From a virus: 64,000 nt of DNA. The stretch's first letter is position 1. Every line of letters starts with the position of its first letter. The position numbers were made by a program, and so were the translations under genes. The notes beneath the pieces were generated by a model. The model was not told the DNA's origin. It ran no database searches and saw only the letters and a list, made by a program, of their open reading frames with translations. Positions 47,901 to 55,489 of this stretch are shown here, piece by piece. The stretch is taken from IMG/VR virus record IMGVR_UViG_3300014656_000015. The stretch is one strand, 5' to 3'.

Positions 47901-50900
47901 GGCCAGGCTCATGATGGCCCGTTCGAAGACCGGGTTGGGCATCGGCTTGGCCAGGGTCAGGTGACTCCACCTTTTTCCATCCATTCCTCCCGTGATCTTC
48001 TCATCGAAGAGCCCGCCCCGCTCCGGCTTCTGATCCTTCATCCGGATCATCCTGCCGGCATCACGCAGTTCCCCACTGCTCATCTCGAGCGTGTCCTTGT
48101 CGGTCAACGGAACCAGATTGAGACTATTGCCGTCCCCCTCCATGTTCACGCCGAGACCCCTGAGGTAGCCGAGGAACTTGTTGTAGGCAAAGGTGGGACG
48201 AGGCGGTGGCAGCATTTCACCGGCTTGCAGCGCCCCCCAGAGCTCATCCCGGACACCACCCTGACTCTTGTCGCTCTTCCAGGTATTGGCCTCGCGAAGA
48301 TTGGCCCGCGCCCCGTGACTTAACATGGCGTAGGTACCCAGAGCACCGAATGCTTGCGCCCCGTGCTTCCCACCACCCCTGGGAACCAGGTTGTGGTCGT
48401 AGGCGCCACGGTCCCGGGACGCCATCTTCTTGTCCACCTGGTGCTCGAGCTTGAACACGTACTGATTCCCGGTGAACACCTTCGGAATGGTCCGGCCCGT
48501 GGCCGGATCGATCAGATCCTCCTTCTCCTTCAACCCCTCTTCCTTGAGCAGCTTCGAGACATGCTCCAGGTTGTCCTGGACCGTGAAGTTCTCTACCTGA
48601 ACCGGCCTCCCCCGCTTCTCCGCGACCTTCCCCGCCGCGGTCTCCAGGAGCTGACCCACATTCATGCGCCCCGCCACACCGAGCGGGTTCATGATGATGT
48701 CGATGGGCTTCCCATCCTTGGTCTGCGGCATCTCGGGGTCGGCAAGGATAGCGGTAACGATTCCCTTGTTTCCGTGCGCCGCGGCCAGCTTATCGCCGAC
48801 CTGCATCGGCTCTCGGGTCTTGACGTGAACCTCGACCCGATCCCGTCGCCGCATGACCCCGACCACTTCCCCCTCATGGTCCTCATCCCAGGTCACCGCC
48901 ATGTCCTTCTTCGGGCTGACGATGCTTTTATGCAGCAGCTGCAGCTTCTGCTCCTCCGTGGTCAGCTTGCGCTCCGCCATCGCCGCGACCAAGGTGTCCC
49001 CCGGCTTCACGCGCTGCCCCACCTGGACCACACCGGTATCGTCGAGCTTGGCCGCCTGATCCTTGCTCATCCGGTTGCGGAAATATGCCTGATACTTCTG
49101 CTTCCCGTCCAGCGATGCGTTCCGCAACGAGACCCCGGGCCGGTGCATATGCACCGAGGTCATCTTCTGCGCCGCGCTGTCGCTCAGCACGACCCCATCT
49201 TCGAAGGTGAGACCCTTCCATGGTAGATATGCCGTGGACAGATTTCTTCCGGGTGCGTACTGACCCCCCTTGGTGAAGTTGGTGTCCCCGATCAGTTGAC
49301 CCTCGGTCACCCTTTCCCCCACCTTCACCGTGGGTGTGCTATGCATGAACCCCGTCTTGTCGTTCAGTGGGTAGTGATTATAAATCGGGACATCGACCTT
49401 CTTCCCATCCCCGGTCCGAAGCGTAATCGCATCCTCGGTGACTCCTACCACCTCACCGGCCTGTGGTGCATGATGCGAGGCAAAGCTCCCGACCAGATCC
49501 ACCAGCGGCTTCTTGCCGATGACGGCCTGCACCAGTGGCACCTCGCCGTGCTCCACGGGCACGGCCTGGGACATGTGGCGACCCGCCATGGTAGCCCGGT
49601 TCGGGCTGTCGCTGTTGATGAAGGGGACCATGTTGGTGGCCAGTCCGAACATCTGCGCCGACTTCGGGACGATGTACTGCACGTCCCGCATCCGTACCGG
49701 CCTCACATCGTTCCCGGGTATGCTGGCCAGCACCATTCCGCCCTCGGCAGGGACGAAGCCACGTTTGGTGCGCCGCACCGCGTCGGGCAGAGCCACGGTG
49801 CTGTCATGGGCTCGCTCCACCGAGACCAACTCCGTCTTCCCACTCTTCGCGTTGATCAGCGGAATCTGAAGGGCGTTACCCACCTTCCGCGCACCGAGAC
49901 TGAGCTGGAGCGCGACCCCGGTGTTGATACCCTCCGGTGTGTCCAACGGGTCCAGGACACCGAAGTGGGACGGGTCCACCAGCTTTGCGTCCTCGGTGAT
50001 CCGGTTGGCATCGGCCACGCCGCCTTCCCCGGCGATGGTGGTACGCATATGGTTCCCGATCATGCGTAGCGGATTGGTCTGCTGTGCCGTGTTGGCCAGG
50101 GAGACCTGACTGAAGAAGTCATTGACGGGGCGGCCAAAGGTGTCGGGCCCCACGATGTCACGGACCCGCGCCTTCCGATCCAGATTGTTACGAACCCTCC
50201 GCTCGATGACCGGCCGTGTCCCCTCGATCCGTTCCTTCATGTAGTCTTCTACGGCATAGAAGTCTTTGAAGATCTGGTTATCTCGAACATCGGGTCGCTC
50301 CTGTCCCCGGGAGATCCCGAGCAGCCGACCCGTGGAGCGGAGCAACGCATCTTGATTGATCCTATCGATCGGAGCCCCAAGGGTACGCCGGGTCACCTCC
50401 GGATGCAGGTAGGAGCTCTCCAGCTTGTCCCGGATCACGCCAGCCGCCTCCTGCTCATCGCGAAAGGTGGCCTTCGGATCGACCCGTGCCGCGAAGTCCT
50501 TGATGACCTTCCCCGTCGGGATGGGCCGGCCCCTGGTATCCAGCTTGTTGGCGTTCAGGATCTCCTTGCCCCACGCCTGCTGCAACGTGTCGTCACTCAC
50601 CCCCATCGCCTTGAGGATGGGGTAGAGCGGAGGCTTGGCACCACCCAGCTGGACATGGAACTTCCGCGCTTCCGGGTTGAAGCCGACGTGGAGCGGCCTA
50701 CCCTTGATGTTGAAGAAGCTCTCCAGCTCCCCGTTCTGCTTGACCTTGGTGTAGACCCCGGGTCGGAGCCGGAACTGATTCTCCACCTGAAACTCGGAAC
50801 CGTTGACGATGAAGCTGTACCGGTTCGTGATCTTGGGCAAGTTAGCGATACGCTGGGTGGACCTGTCGATCACCTCCCCCGTCGCCTTGTCCCGAAGCAC

Positions 50901-51113
50901 CATGGTCGCCTTGACCGGGATGCCGAAGGTACGCTGGCTCAGCTTGGCCGCCTTCTGAGCCGTGAAGTCCGCGCTGGAGACATTGTCGTCGATCTGGACA
51001 TCTTCCAGCTCGAGGACGTGCTTGCCGCCCTCGATAGGGAAGGTGCCACGGACCGCCTCGGTAACCCCCTCCTTGAGTGCGTCAAAGCTCTCTCGGGGAT
51101 CGAGCCTGGCCAT
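44940..51113 (-). CDS. rpoBC: Single-chain DNA-directed RNA polymerase, fused beta and beta' homolog (2057 aa)
   Basis: Beta motifs SFIVNG, HFGVLDPLDTPEG, NRATMAGRHMSQAVP, GDKLAAAHGNKG, NPLGVAGRMNVGQ, KLEHQVDKK. Beta' motifs KPERGGLFD, PVLPPAMRP, RDPALHR, FNADFDGDQM, bridge helix GRKG..PGYLTK, trigger loop GERGTQLALRSFH. Confidence 0.96.
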   Translation of the reverse strand: MARLDPRESFDALKEGVTEAVRGTFPIEGGKHVLELEDVQIDDNVSSADFTAQKAAKLSQRTFGIPVKATMVLRDKATGEVIDRSTQRIANLPKITNRYSFIVNGSEFQVENQFRLRPGVYTKVKQNGELESFFNIKGRPLHVGFNPEARKFHVQLGGAKPPLYPILKAMGVSDDTLQQAWGKEILNANKLDTRGRPIPTGKVIKDFAARVDPKATFRDEQEAAGVIRDKLESSYLHPEVTRRTLGAPIDRINQDALLRSTGRLLGISRGQERPDVRDNQIFKDFYAVEDYMKERIEGTRPVIERRVRNNLDRKARVRDIVGPDTFGRPVNDFFSQVSLANTAQQTNPLRMIGNHMRTTIAGEGGVADANRITEDAKLVDPSHFGVLDPLDTPEGINTGVALQLSLGARKVGNALQIPLINAKSGKTELVSVERAHDSTVALPDAVRRTKRGFVPAEGGMVLASIPGNDVRPVRMRDVQYIVPKSAQMFGLATNMVPFINSDSPNRATMAGRHMSQAVPVEHGEVPLVQAVIGKKPLVDLVGSFASHHAPQAGEVVGVTEDAITLRTGDGKKVDVPIYNHYPLNDKTGFMHSTPTVKVGERVTEGQLIGDTNFTKGGQYAPGRNLSTAYLPWKGLTFEDGVVLSDSAAQKMTSVHMHRPGVSLRNASLDGKQKYQAYFRNRMSKDQAAKLDDTGVVQVGQRVKPGDTLVAAMAERKLTTEEQKLQLLHKSIVSPKKDMAVTWDEDHEGEVVGVMRRRDRVEVHVKTREPMQVGDKLAAAHGNKGIVTAILADPEMPQTKDGKPIDIIMNPLGVAGRMNVGQLLETAAGKVAEKRGRPVQVENFTVQDNLEHVSKLLKEEGLKEKEDLIDPATGRTIPKVFTGNQYVFKLEHQVDKKMASRDRGAYDHNLVPRGGGKHGAQAFGALGTYAMLSHGARANLREANTWKSDKSQGGVRDELWGALQAGEMLPPPRPTFAYNKFLGYLRGLGVNMEGDGNSLNLVPLTDKDTLEMSSGELRDAGRMIRMKDQKPERGGLFDEKITGGMDGKRWSHLTLAKPMPNPVFERAIMSLAGIRAPVYQSIIAGQAGVSDDGNVVTESGKAGVTYGPAAVGKILDRIDVKSDLEREKARLPKLNGQLLNETRRKVKYLQALDRLQMKPTDAYMMRHVPVLPPAMRPIAITEDGRLQTDDLNELYKGLALVNMKAGQFPPGTPQSLITPVEADIYDHLRSLTGVGGHLNNKFSGILQTIAGKGSPKEGYVQNVLLKRKQDLTMRSTIVPNPKLGLDEVELPRKAAKEMYKPFVVRELRRTAGVGPLEAKKMVDENDPLAVRTLDRVVQERPVMLKRDPALHRYSVQSFKPRLTDTKTIGIHPLVCSGFNADFDGDQMSAYVPISNEAVHEAEAMFPSRNLFSAATHRVMYTPDKEMQVGLYMATEVGKKTNQSFKTESELERAHAQGKVGLTDVVKVTGADGKPTRTTLGRLRVSKELPEELRKPVLSDLQYRLTKGEQGKLFQRMAQLDGEGYPERTNRLKDLGNEVSTSEGFTLGLEDMRPHREIRDPLLRAAATKTSRLDLSKPGDVQQYVDAFAEVSGKLDSALKQAARDPRNQSQLARLEVAAGIKGNGYKQLVAAPVLFVDGKGEVVPNAVRRSYAEGLRTMDYWSATSGGRKGIVQKVQSVREPGYLTKMMMNSTMDQMVDTEDCETARGIGLRVEDPDVLGRFTVAPVKLGRGKEIPANTLLTDDLVTKIRNNNPRARVVVRSPIRCDHHTGVCAKCMGLTESGKLPDLGTNVGVLAAQALGERGTQLALRSFHSGGVYEGKESAEQSLAAAGLDRATSLLYLPQKVKDSATLATKEGTVEAIKKDPAGGHSVMIRGTRHYVPAGTALTVKAGQAVRKGDPITTGYINPHQLLPLAGVNRTQGFLAQQLHSIYGKEGIRRRNSELLVRAMSNVAEIEDSGDHPALLRGDLASTPAVARWNREHAQEKGVKYSPVLRGVKLLPLDVQEDWMARLNHTRLKSTLTEAAQQGWTTEFHGTHPVPGLISGASFGKGTPEKPWRY

Positions 51114-51138
51114 CCAGGACCTCCTATGTGCTGCGTGC

Positions 51139-51185
51139 AGTGTATCAGGTATCGAGGGGAGGCGGGTAGCCCGTAACGTTATAAG
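51139..51185. promoter_or_regulatory. Divergent promoters: extended -10 TGATACACT (minus, RNAP gene) and GTTATAAG (plus, small-gene/ncRNA island)
   Basis: 51139-51147 (-) upstream of the RNAP AGGAGG RBS; TATAAG at 51180-51185 (+). Confidence 0.6.
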
Positions 51186-51241
51186 AAAGATGAGGACGGG
51201 TCCCTTGACATCCCCAAGGGGGCCCGACGAAAGGAGGCGAT

Positions 51242-51355
51242 ATGAAGGGGACGAGCATCTGTATCATCCGGGCCGACGGTGGCCCGGGTGATGAGGACGA
51301 CGCCCCGGGCTCTCTCGAGTCCGGGGTGGACGAGGCGCTCGGGCTAGGCGGCTAG
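51242..51355 (+). CDS. 37-aa acidic peptide
   Basis: AAAGGAGG RBS; MKGTSICIIRADGGPGDEDDAPGSLESGVDEALGLGG. Confidence 0.55.
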   Translation: MKGTSICIIRADGGPGDEDDAPGSLESGVDEALGLGG

Positions 51356-51366
51356 CCCGAGCACTG

Positions 51367-51468
51367 ATGCTGAGACTCTTCCTCCTGGCCTTTGCCCTCG
51401 CCTTCGTGGCGGGGATGACGACCAGGCCCGAAGAGTGGATCTTCCGTCCCGAGGAGGATGAGAAGTAG
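51367..51468 (+). CDS. 33-aa putative membrane peptide
   Basis: MLRLFLLAFALAFVAGMTTRPEEWIFRPEEDEK; followed by hairpin-CTTAG (51482-51510). Confidence 0.45.
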   Translation: MLRLFLLAFALAFVAGMTTRPEEWIFRPEEDEK

Positions 51469-51481
51469 GAGCGGAAGATCT

Positions 51482-51549
51482 GGGTACCGGGTACGGTACC
51501 CCTTTCTTAGCGCAAAACGCCTCGTTTGCCATGGTATAAGAATATTGAG
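51482..51549 (+). promoter_or_regulatory. Hairpin-CTTAG followed by a GGTATAAGAATATTGAG promoter-like motif (no RBS follows)
   Basis: 17-bp identity to 33626-33642; no start codon/RBS pair downstream. Confidence 0.65.
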
Positions 51550-52715
51550 CAGAGAGAGTTTACTCTCTTCTGCTTGGGTCTCCGTGCAGCGCGGCACGGG
51601 GCTGAGTCGGGGCTCTCTCCCACCCGACGCGCGACCGTACCGGAAGACCTCGGTACGGGTAAAGAGGCGGGTCCGTGGGGCGCCACCGATAGTCTCGAGG
51701 AGGGACGATGCGGGGCGCCTAGGGAGCAAATACCACGGATAGGACGGTGGGGTGCCGTCCAGAGGCCGGAAACTGGTGGGCTCGAAGTAGGGTCTCCTTT
51801 GGGAAATGGTCGAAAGACCCCCCATCCGCGGGATGGGTGCCCAGCTCCTGAAAAGGGTACCACCAAATGCCGCTCCCCGGGGTAACCATCCGGGCTAAAC
51901 AAAGTGGTTCGCCATCCGAGGCAAGGCGGGAATCCTCGGCGATCGCCATTCGAGGTAAGGCGGAACCCTCGACGACCTGGGCATGTCGCTAAACTGCCCT
52001 CTGACTGCGTTACCGCTGTCGCAGTCAGCAGACTCTCCAGCAGCGGCGACCGTCGAAATCAGCCCCCCTAGCTGGGGTTCCCACGTCGCAACGGCGTTGG
52101 GACTAAATGGAAGCGTTGACGGTGTCCCCCCTCGGATCCACGACGAGGGCACAAGGGAGTTCGTGGACCACCCACCAAAAGCCTCCGGTGGGTGAAACGG
52201 AGCGGGCCTGCGGCCGCCGATGTACCATGAGAATGGGATCATCGGCGCGAAGGGTAGTCCGCAGGAGCCGGGAATGGGGAGCCCGGCATGTTCCTGTCCC
52301 CGGAAGGGGGCGCCACGAAAGTGGTAGGGTGTGGGGTTCAACTCCCCACGATCTAGGTGACTAGGTCGCCCGTTGGGGGCATACCCGCTGCTGGGAGGCG
52401 GCTTGGCGCGTTGGTCACGTGGCAAGTCGTCCACCTCAAGTCTGAAGGAGGGGAATGACCCCCTCTCCGGATGACTCCAGTCGTGGCGCCCCCTTCCGAG
52501 AGCAGGAACGGGTTCTGCCCTCTGAGGAGGGAAGCGGTGTGGAGGTCCTACCTGAACGGGTTCGATTCCCTTGGGTAGGGTAGGATCTCGGACTCCTGTG
52601 GTGACTGGCCAGTCACCAGGTCTGCAGGAGCGCCACAGGTTCGGAACGGGGATGACTACCTCGTGAAGGACTGCGCATCGCTTCTTTCCTCAGGGGGCGG
52701 AACCCGCCCTGGCAG
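51545..52715 (+). ncRNA. Putative ~1.15-kb highly structured non-coding RNA (tandem pseudoknots, T-loops)
   Basis: No credible ORF; nearly continuous helices; at least 7 H-type pseudoknots in 51876-52202; T-loop hairpins at 52331-52349 and ~52548-52580; long-range pairing 52302-52313/52486-52496. Confidence 0.7.
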
Positions 52716-52914
52716 TAGCAAAAATCAATCCTATTAGATAGTTATAAGAACTATGAAGAGTTGGTGAGTTCGATCCACGACTCCTTGGACCATCCCCTCG
52801 GCGAAGACCCGAGGCACAGAGTCCAAGGAGCCCTTTCGTGGGTAGTCGAACCCGACCCGCCATCCGAGGTAAGGCGGGAATCCTCGGTGACCCGGGCATG
52901 TCGGAAAACTACCC
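51910..52914 (+). repeat. Pseudoknot-forming repeat CGCCAT(C/T)CGAGG(C/T)AAGGCGG..CCTCG(G/A), 3 copies
   Basis: Copies at 51910-51939, 51944-51972 and 52858-52887; the last two are each followed by a GAC..GGGCATGTCG..AAACT.CCC unit. Confidence 0.85.
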
Positions 52915-52990
52915 AATCTAACGGAGCGTCGTATCGTCTCCGAGCCCATTGCTGCGCTGGTGCGGCGATGTGCCCCGATGCGACGTTCCC
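52750..52990 (+). ncRNA. Second structured RNA / 5' leader of the MYG1 gene
   Basis: Starts after TATAAG at 52743; long hairpin (GTTCGA-TCCACGA-CTCCTTGGAC/GTCCAAGGAG-TCGTGGG-TCGAAC), then a copy of the pseudoknot pair. Confidence 0.6.
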
Positions 52991-53014
52991 ATGCTTCTCG
53001 TTTGGAGGGCTGAG

Positions 53015-53992
53015 ATGGCAAAGAAGGTCGTCACCCACCCGGGTGACGCCCATCTCGACGACCTGCTCTCGGTGGCGGTGGCCTTGGCCATCGACCCCGG
53101 GATCAGGGTCGTCGAACGCCGGGAGCCCACCGAGGAGGAGCTGGCGGACCCCGAGGTCATCGTTCTGGACGTCGGGGGGGAGCTCTCCCCCCTGTGCCAG
53201 AGCTACGACCACCACCAGTTCCAGCGCGATGCAGCGGCGGAGTGCACTCTGTCCCTGTTCGTGCGGGAGCTCGAGTGGGAGGGGGAGTCCGTGTTCGAGG
53301 CGTTCAGAATCACGAAGTGGTTCCAAACGCTCCGGGTCGCGGACTCAAAGGGTCCCTTCCAGCTGGCGAAGAGTTTGGGCACGACCCCCGAGGTCGTGTT
53401 CCGGCTCCACTCGCCGCTGGAGGGAGCTCTCCTCCAGCTCTTCCAGGCGGAGACGGTTTGGGAGGTCGCTACGTACCACCCCGAACTGCCTGCGGGCTGG
53501 CTGTTGCCGAACAGCCTGCCCGAGGTACTCCACCTGGTGGGCAAAGGCCTCCTCGACGGAGCGGTGGAGAATCTGAAGAGGGTGAAAGCCCTCGACAGCC
53601 TCTGCCGCATTGTCGAAGTTGACGGTGTCCAGGGCTACGTCCTGGAATCCGAGGACACCGTCGGCACCGAGACGTGGCGGGAGCGTTCGGCTCCCGGGAC
53701 CGCATTCAGCGTTGTCTACGACAACCGCGGTCCCGGCTGGACGCTCTACCGCTACGACGATGACTCCCGGATCGACTTCTCCCGGCTCGAGGGCCGGGAA
53801 GAGGCGACCTTCGCCCACAAGGGCGGCTTCATTGCGAAGACCGCCTCGAGGGAGAGGGTCGGGCTCGAGCAGGCGCTCGAGCTGGTCCGGGCCGCCATCG
53901 TCGTACAACCACGTGAGTGCGCCTGTGGTTCGGGAGAACCGAGCCCGGGTGTCTCCGGTGGTTGCTCGTCCGGGTCCCCGTACTGCGGGTGA
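53015..53992 (+). CDS. MYG1-family (DHH-like) exonuclease
   Basis: VTHPGDAHLDDLL, VLDVGG, YDHHQ, FAHKGGFIA motifs; Cys-rich C-terminal tail. Confidence 0.85.
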   Translation: MAKKVVTHPGDAHLDDLLSVAVALAIDPGIRVVERREPTEEELADPEVIVLDVGGELSPLCQSYDHHQFQRDAAAECTLSLFVRELEWEGESVFEAFRITKWFQTLRVADSKGPFQLAKSLGTTPEVVFRLHSPLEGALLQLFQAETVWEVATYHPELPAGWLLPNSLPEVLHLVGKGLLDGAVENLKRVKALDSLCRIVEVDGVQGYVLESEDTVGTETWRERSAPGTAFSVVYDNRGPGWTLYRYDDDSRIDFSRLEGREEATFAHKGGFIAKTASRERVGLEQALELVRAAIVVQPRECACGSGEPSPGVSGGCSSGSPYCG

Positions 53993-53994
53993 TC

Positions 53995-54263
53995 CGGCTC
54001 GGTAGGGGCCTCGGGGCACAATCGGGGGGTCTGTGCAGGAGATCCTGCCCCCCGAAGCGCAAGTCCTGATTCGATACGGTGCAACACGAGCACCGTCCCG
54101 GCGTGCAGATAAGCCGGGGTCAGGCAAACCCTCCAGTGGCGGAGGGGTGGAGGAAGCTGCGTGGAGAGCAGCGGAATCGACCCCAACGCAGAACCGGGGG
54201 TTACTGTGACGAAGGGACGATGTTGAAGATCCCGGGAGAGAGCTGCGTGAGCTCTCTTCTTAG
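53995..54263 (+). ncRNA. Structured non-coding element downstream of MYG1, ending in hairpin-CTTAG
   Basis: Consecutive hairpins: TCGGGGG/CCCCCGA, ACGGTGC/GCACCGT, CCCGGC/GCCGGG, CCCTCC/GGAGGG, GCTGC/GCAGC; terminal AGAGAGCT/AGCTCTCT-t-CTTAG. Confidence 0.5.
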
Positions 54264-54397
54264 CCCATAATCGGCATTGCAATTCCCCGATACTTCTTGG
54301 GATAAGGAGGGTGGACCCCATATTTGCCGACAACGGAGTCGGCCTATCGGAGGTTCGGGATGGCCTGCACCGGAGTCGGTCATCGAAAGGAGACGAG

Positions 54398-55480
54398 ATG
54401 CATGTTGTTTTAGAGGTGAGCTGGACAGATGCCGTCGCGCATCGCAGCGATCCGGGGACGCGGCTAATCCAGATCGATCTGGCGGCCCCGGAGTGGACCG
54501 AGGAGCGGCGCAACGCACTGCTCCAGCTTGGAGAGGAGATGGAGGCGGGGCGTATCCTGGTCAGCGGGCTCACCGCGATGACCCTGGAGGCCTTGCTGGC
54601 GAGGCTCGATGCGTTCCACGAGGAGCAGCAGAGGAAGACGAAGGAACGGGAGGAAGCACGGCAGCAGAAGGAGGAGGAGCGGCTGAAGCGGGAGGAGAAG
54701 GAGTGGGAGCGCATCCGCACCAGGCTCGAGGAGGGAGAGCTGCCCCCGGCACTGTACAGGATGTCACGGCCCACCCTGACCCAGGATGGGGTCACGCAAT
54801 CCTACGAACGGTACGAGGCGGATCGAAACCACTGGACATGGTCCAGGCTCGAACAGGAGCCTAAAATGATGCACAGCTTCGAGGAGCTCGTTGCACGGCT
54901 CAACGCGAATCGGCTCGCGGAGGCCCACGACAAGCTCCAGGCTCTCCTCAAGGAGCGGCAGGACGCGGAGCTGAAGAGGCTGGCCCGGACCCGACTCACC
55001 ACCGACATCCTGGATGTGTGCCTCACCGAGGAACAGCGCGAGCGCTGGAAGGCCGACATGCTGCCGGCAAAGGAGCGGGATCAAGCCATCGAGGACTACG
55101 TCTTCGAGCGGCTCTTTCCATCCTCGTCCGAGCCCGCGCCCGCGCCCTATAGGAAGCTGACCCCCCAGGACATCGGTACCCATCACGAGGACTGCGAAGG
55201 GTACCCAGGGGCTGTCTTCAACAGCACCGATGCGAACGAGGTCGACGCCATGACCTGGGCTGCATCGAAGGCATTGGAAGCGCGGATTGATCAACGGCAA
55301 CGTGGTACGCTTCAGTCCGACGACTGGGAGGTGAGCCTCACCATCAGGGATCATACGGTCCACTGTGGGGGGTGCCCGAGCAATCACTACGAGGACCTTC
55401 GGCATCGCTACGGCGCCCGGATCGGCGTCAAGCACACCCCGACCAACCTGAGCTGGTCCAGGGAGTACGCCCTGGACTAG
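54398..55480 (+). CDS. Hypothetical (putative early) protein with a coiled coil
   Basis: GAAAGGAG RBS; GATAAG promoter variant at 54301; E/R-rich coiled coil; His/Cys cluster at the C-terminus. Confidence 0.7.
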   Translation: MHVVLEVSWTDAVAHRSDPGTRLIQIDLAAPEWTEERRNALLQLGEEMEAGRILVSGLTAMTLEALLARLDAFHEEQQRKTKEREEARQQKEEERLKREEKEWERIRTRLEEGELPPALYRMSRPTLTQDGVTQSYERYEADRNHWTWSRLEQEPKMMHSFEELVARLNANRLAEAHDKLQALLKERQDAELKRLARTRLTTDILDVCLTEEQRERWKADMLPAKERDQAIEDYVFERLFPSSSEPAPAPYRKLTPQDIGTHHEDCEGYPGAVFNSTDANEVDAMTWAASKALEARIDQRQRGTLQSDDWEVSLTIRDHTVHCGGCPSNHYEDLRHRYGARIGVKHTPTNLSWSREYALD

Positions 55481-55489
55481 ACCTGCCAC

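Noticed and set aside
44940-51113. Cellular rpoBC operon or host contamination
   Set aside because: No ribosomal-protein or nusG neighbours, substantially shorter than cellular beta+beta', and flanked by phage genes that share the window's regulatory motifs.
52266-52325. Group II intron domain V-like GAGCCG...AGGGGG
   Set aside because: The pairing register and domain VI do not fit, no gene is interrupted, and there is no maturase.
52331-52580. tRNA or tmRNA genes suggested by TTCAACT/TTCGATT loops and GGGGCTGA near 51598
   Set aside because: No acceptor stem, D-arm, anticodon arm or CCA end could be built; no tmRNA TTCGAC 5' motif or matching 3' end.
51910-52914. Three ~30-bp repeats as a CRISPR array
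   Set aside because: The copies are either adjacent (4-nt gap) or ~900 bp apart, with no regular unique spacers and no cas genes; the pairing pattern is a pseudoknot.
54050-54205. RNase P RNA-like words (CAAGTCC, GGTGCAACA, GGCAAACCC, CAGAACC...TTA)
   Set aside because: The P4 helix cannot be formed convincingly, and these words lie in alternative local hairpins; kept only as an unclassified structured RNA.
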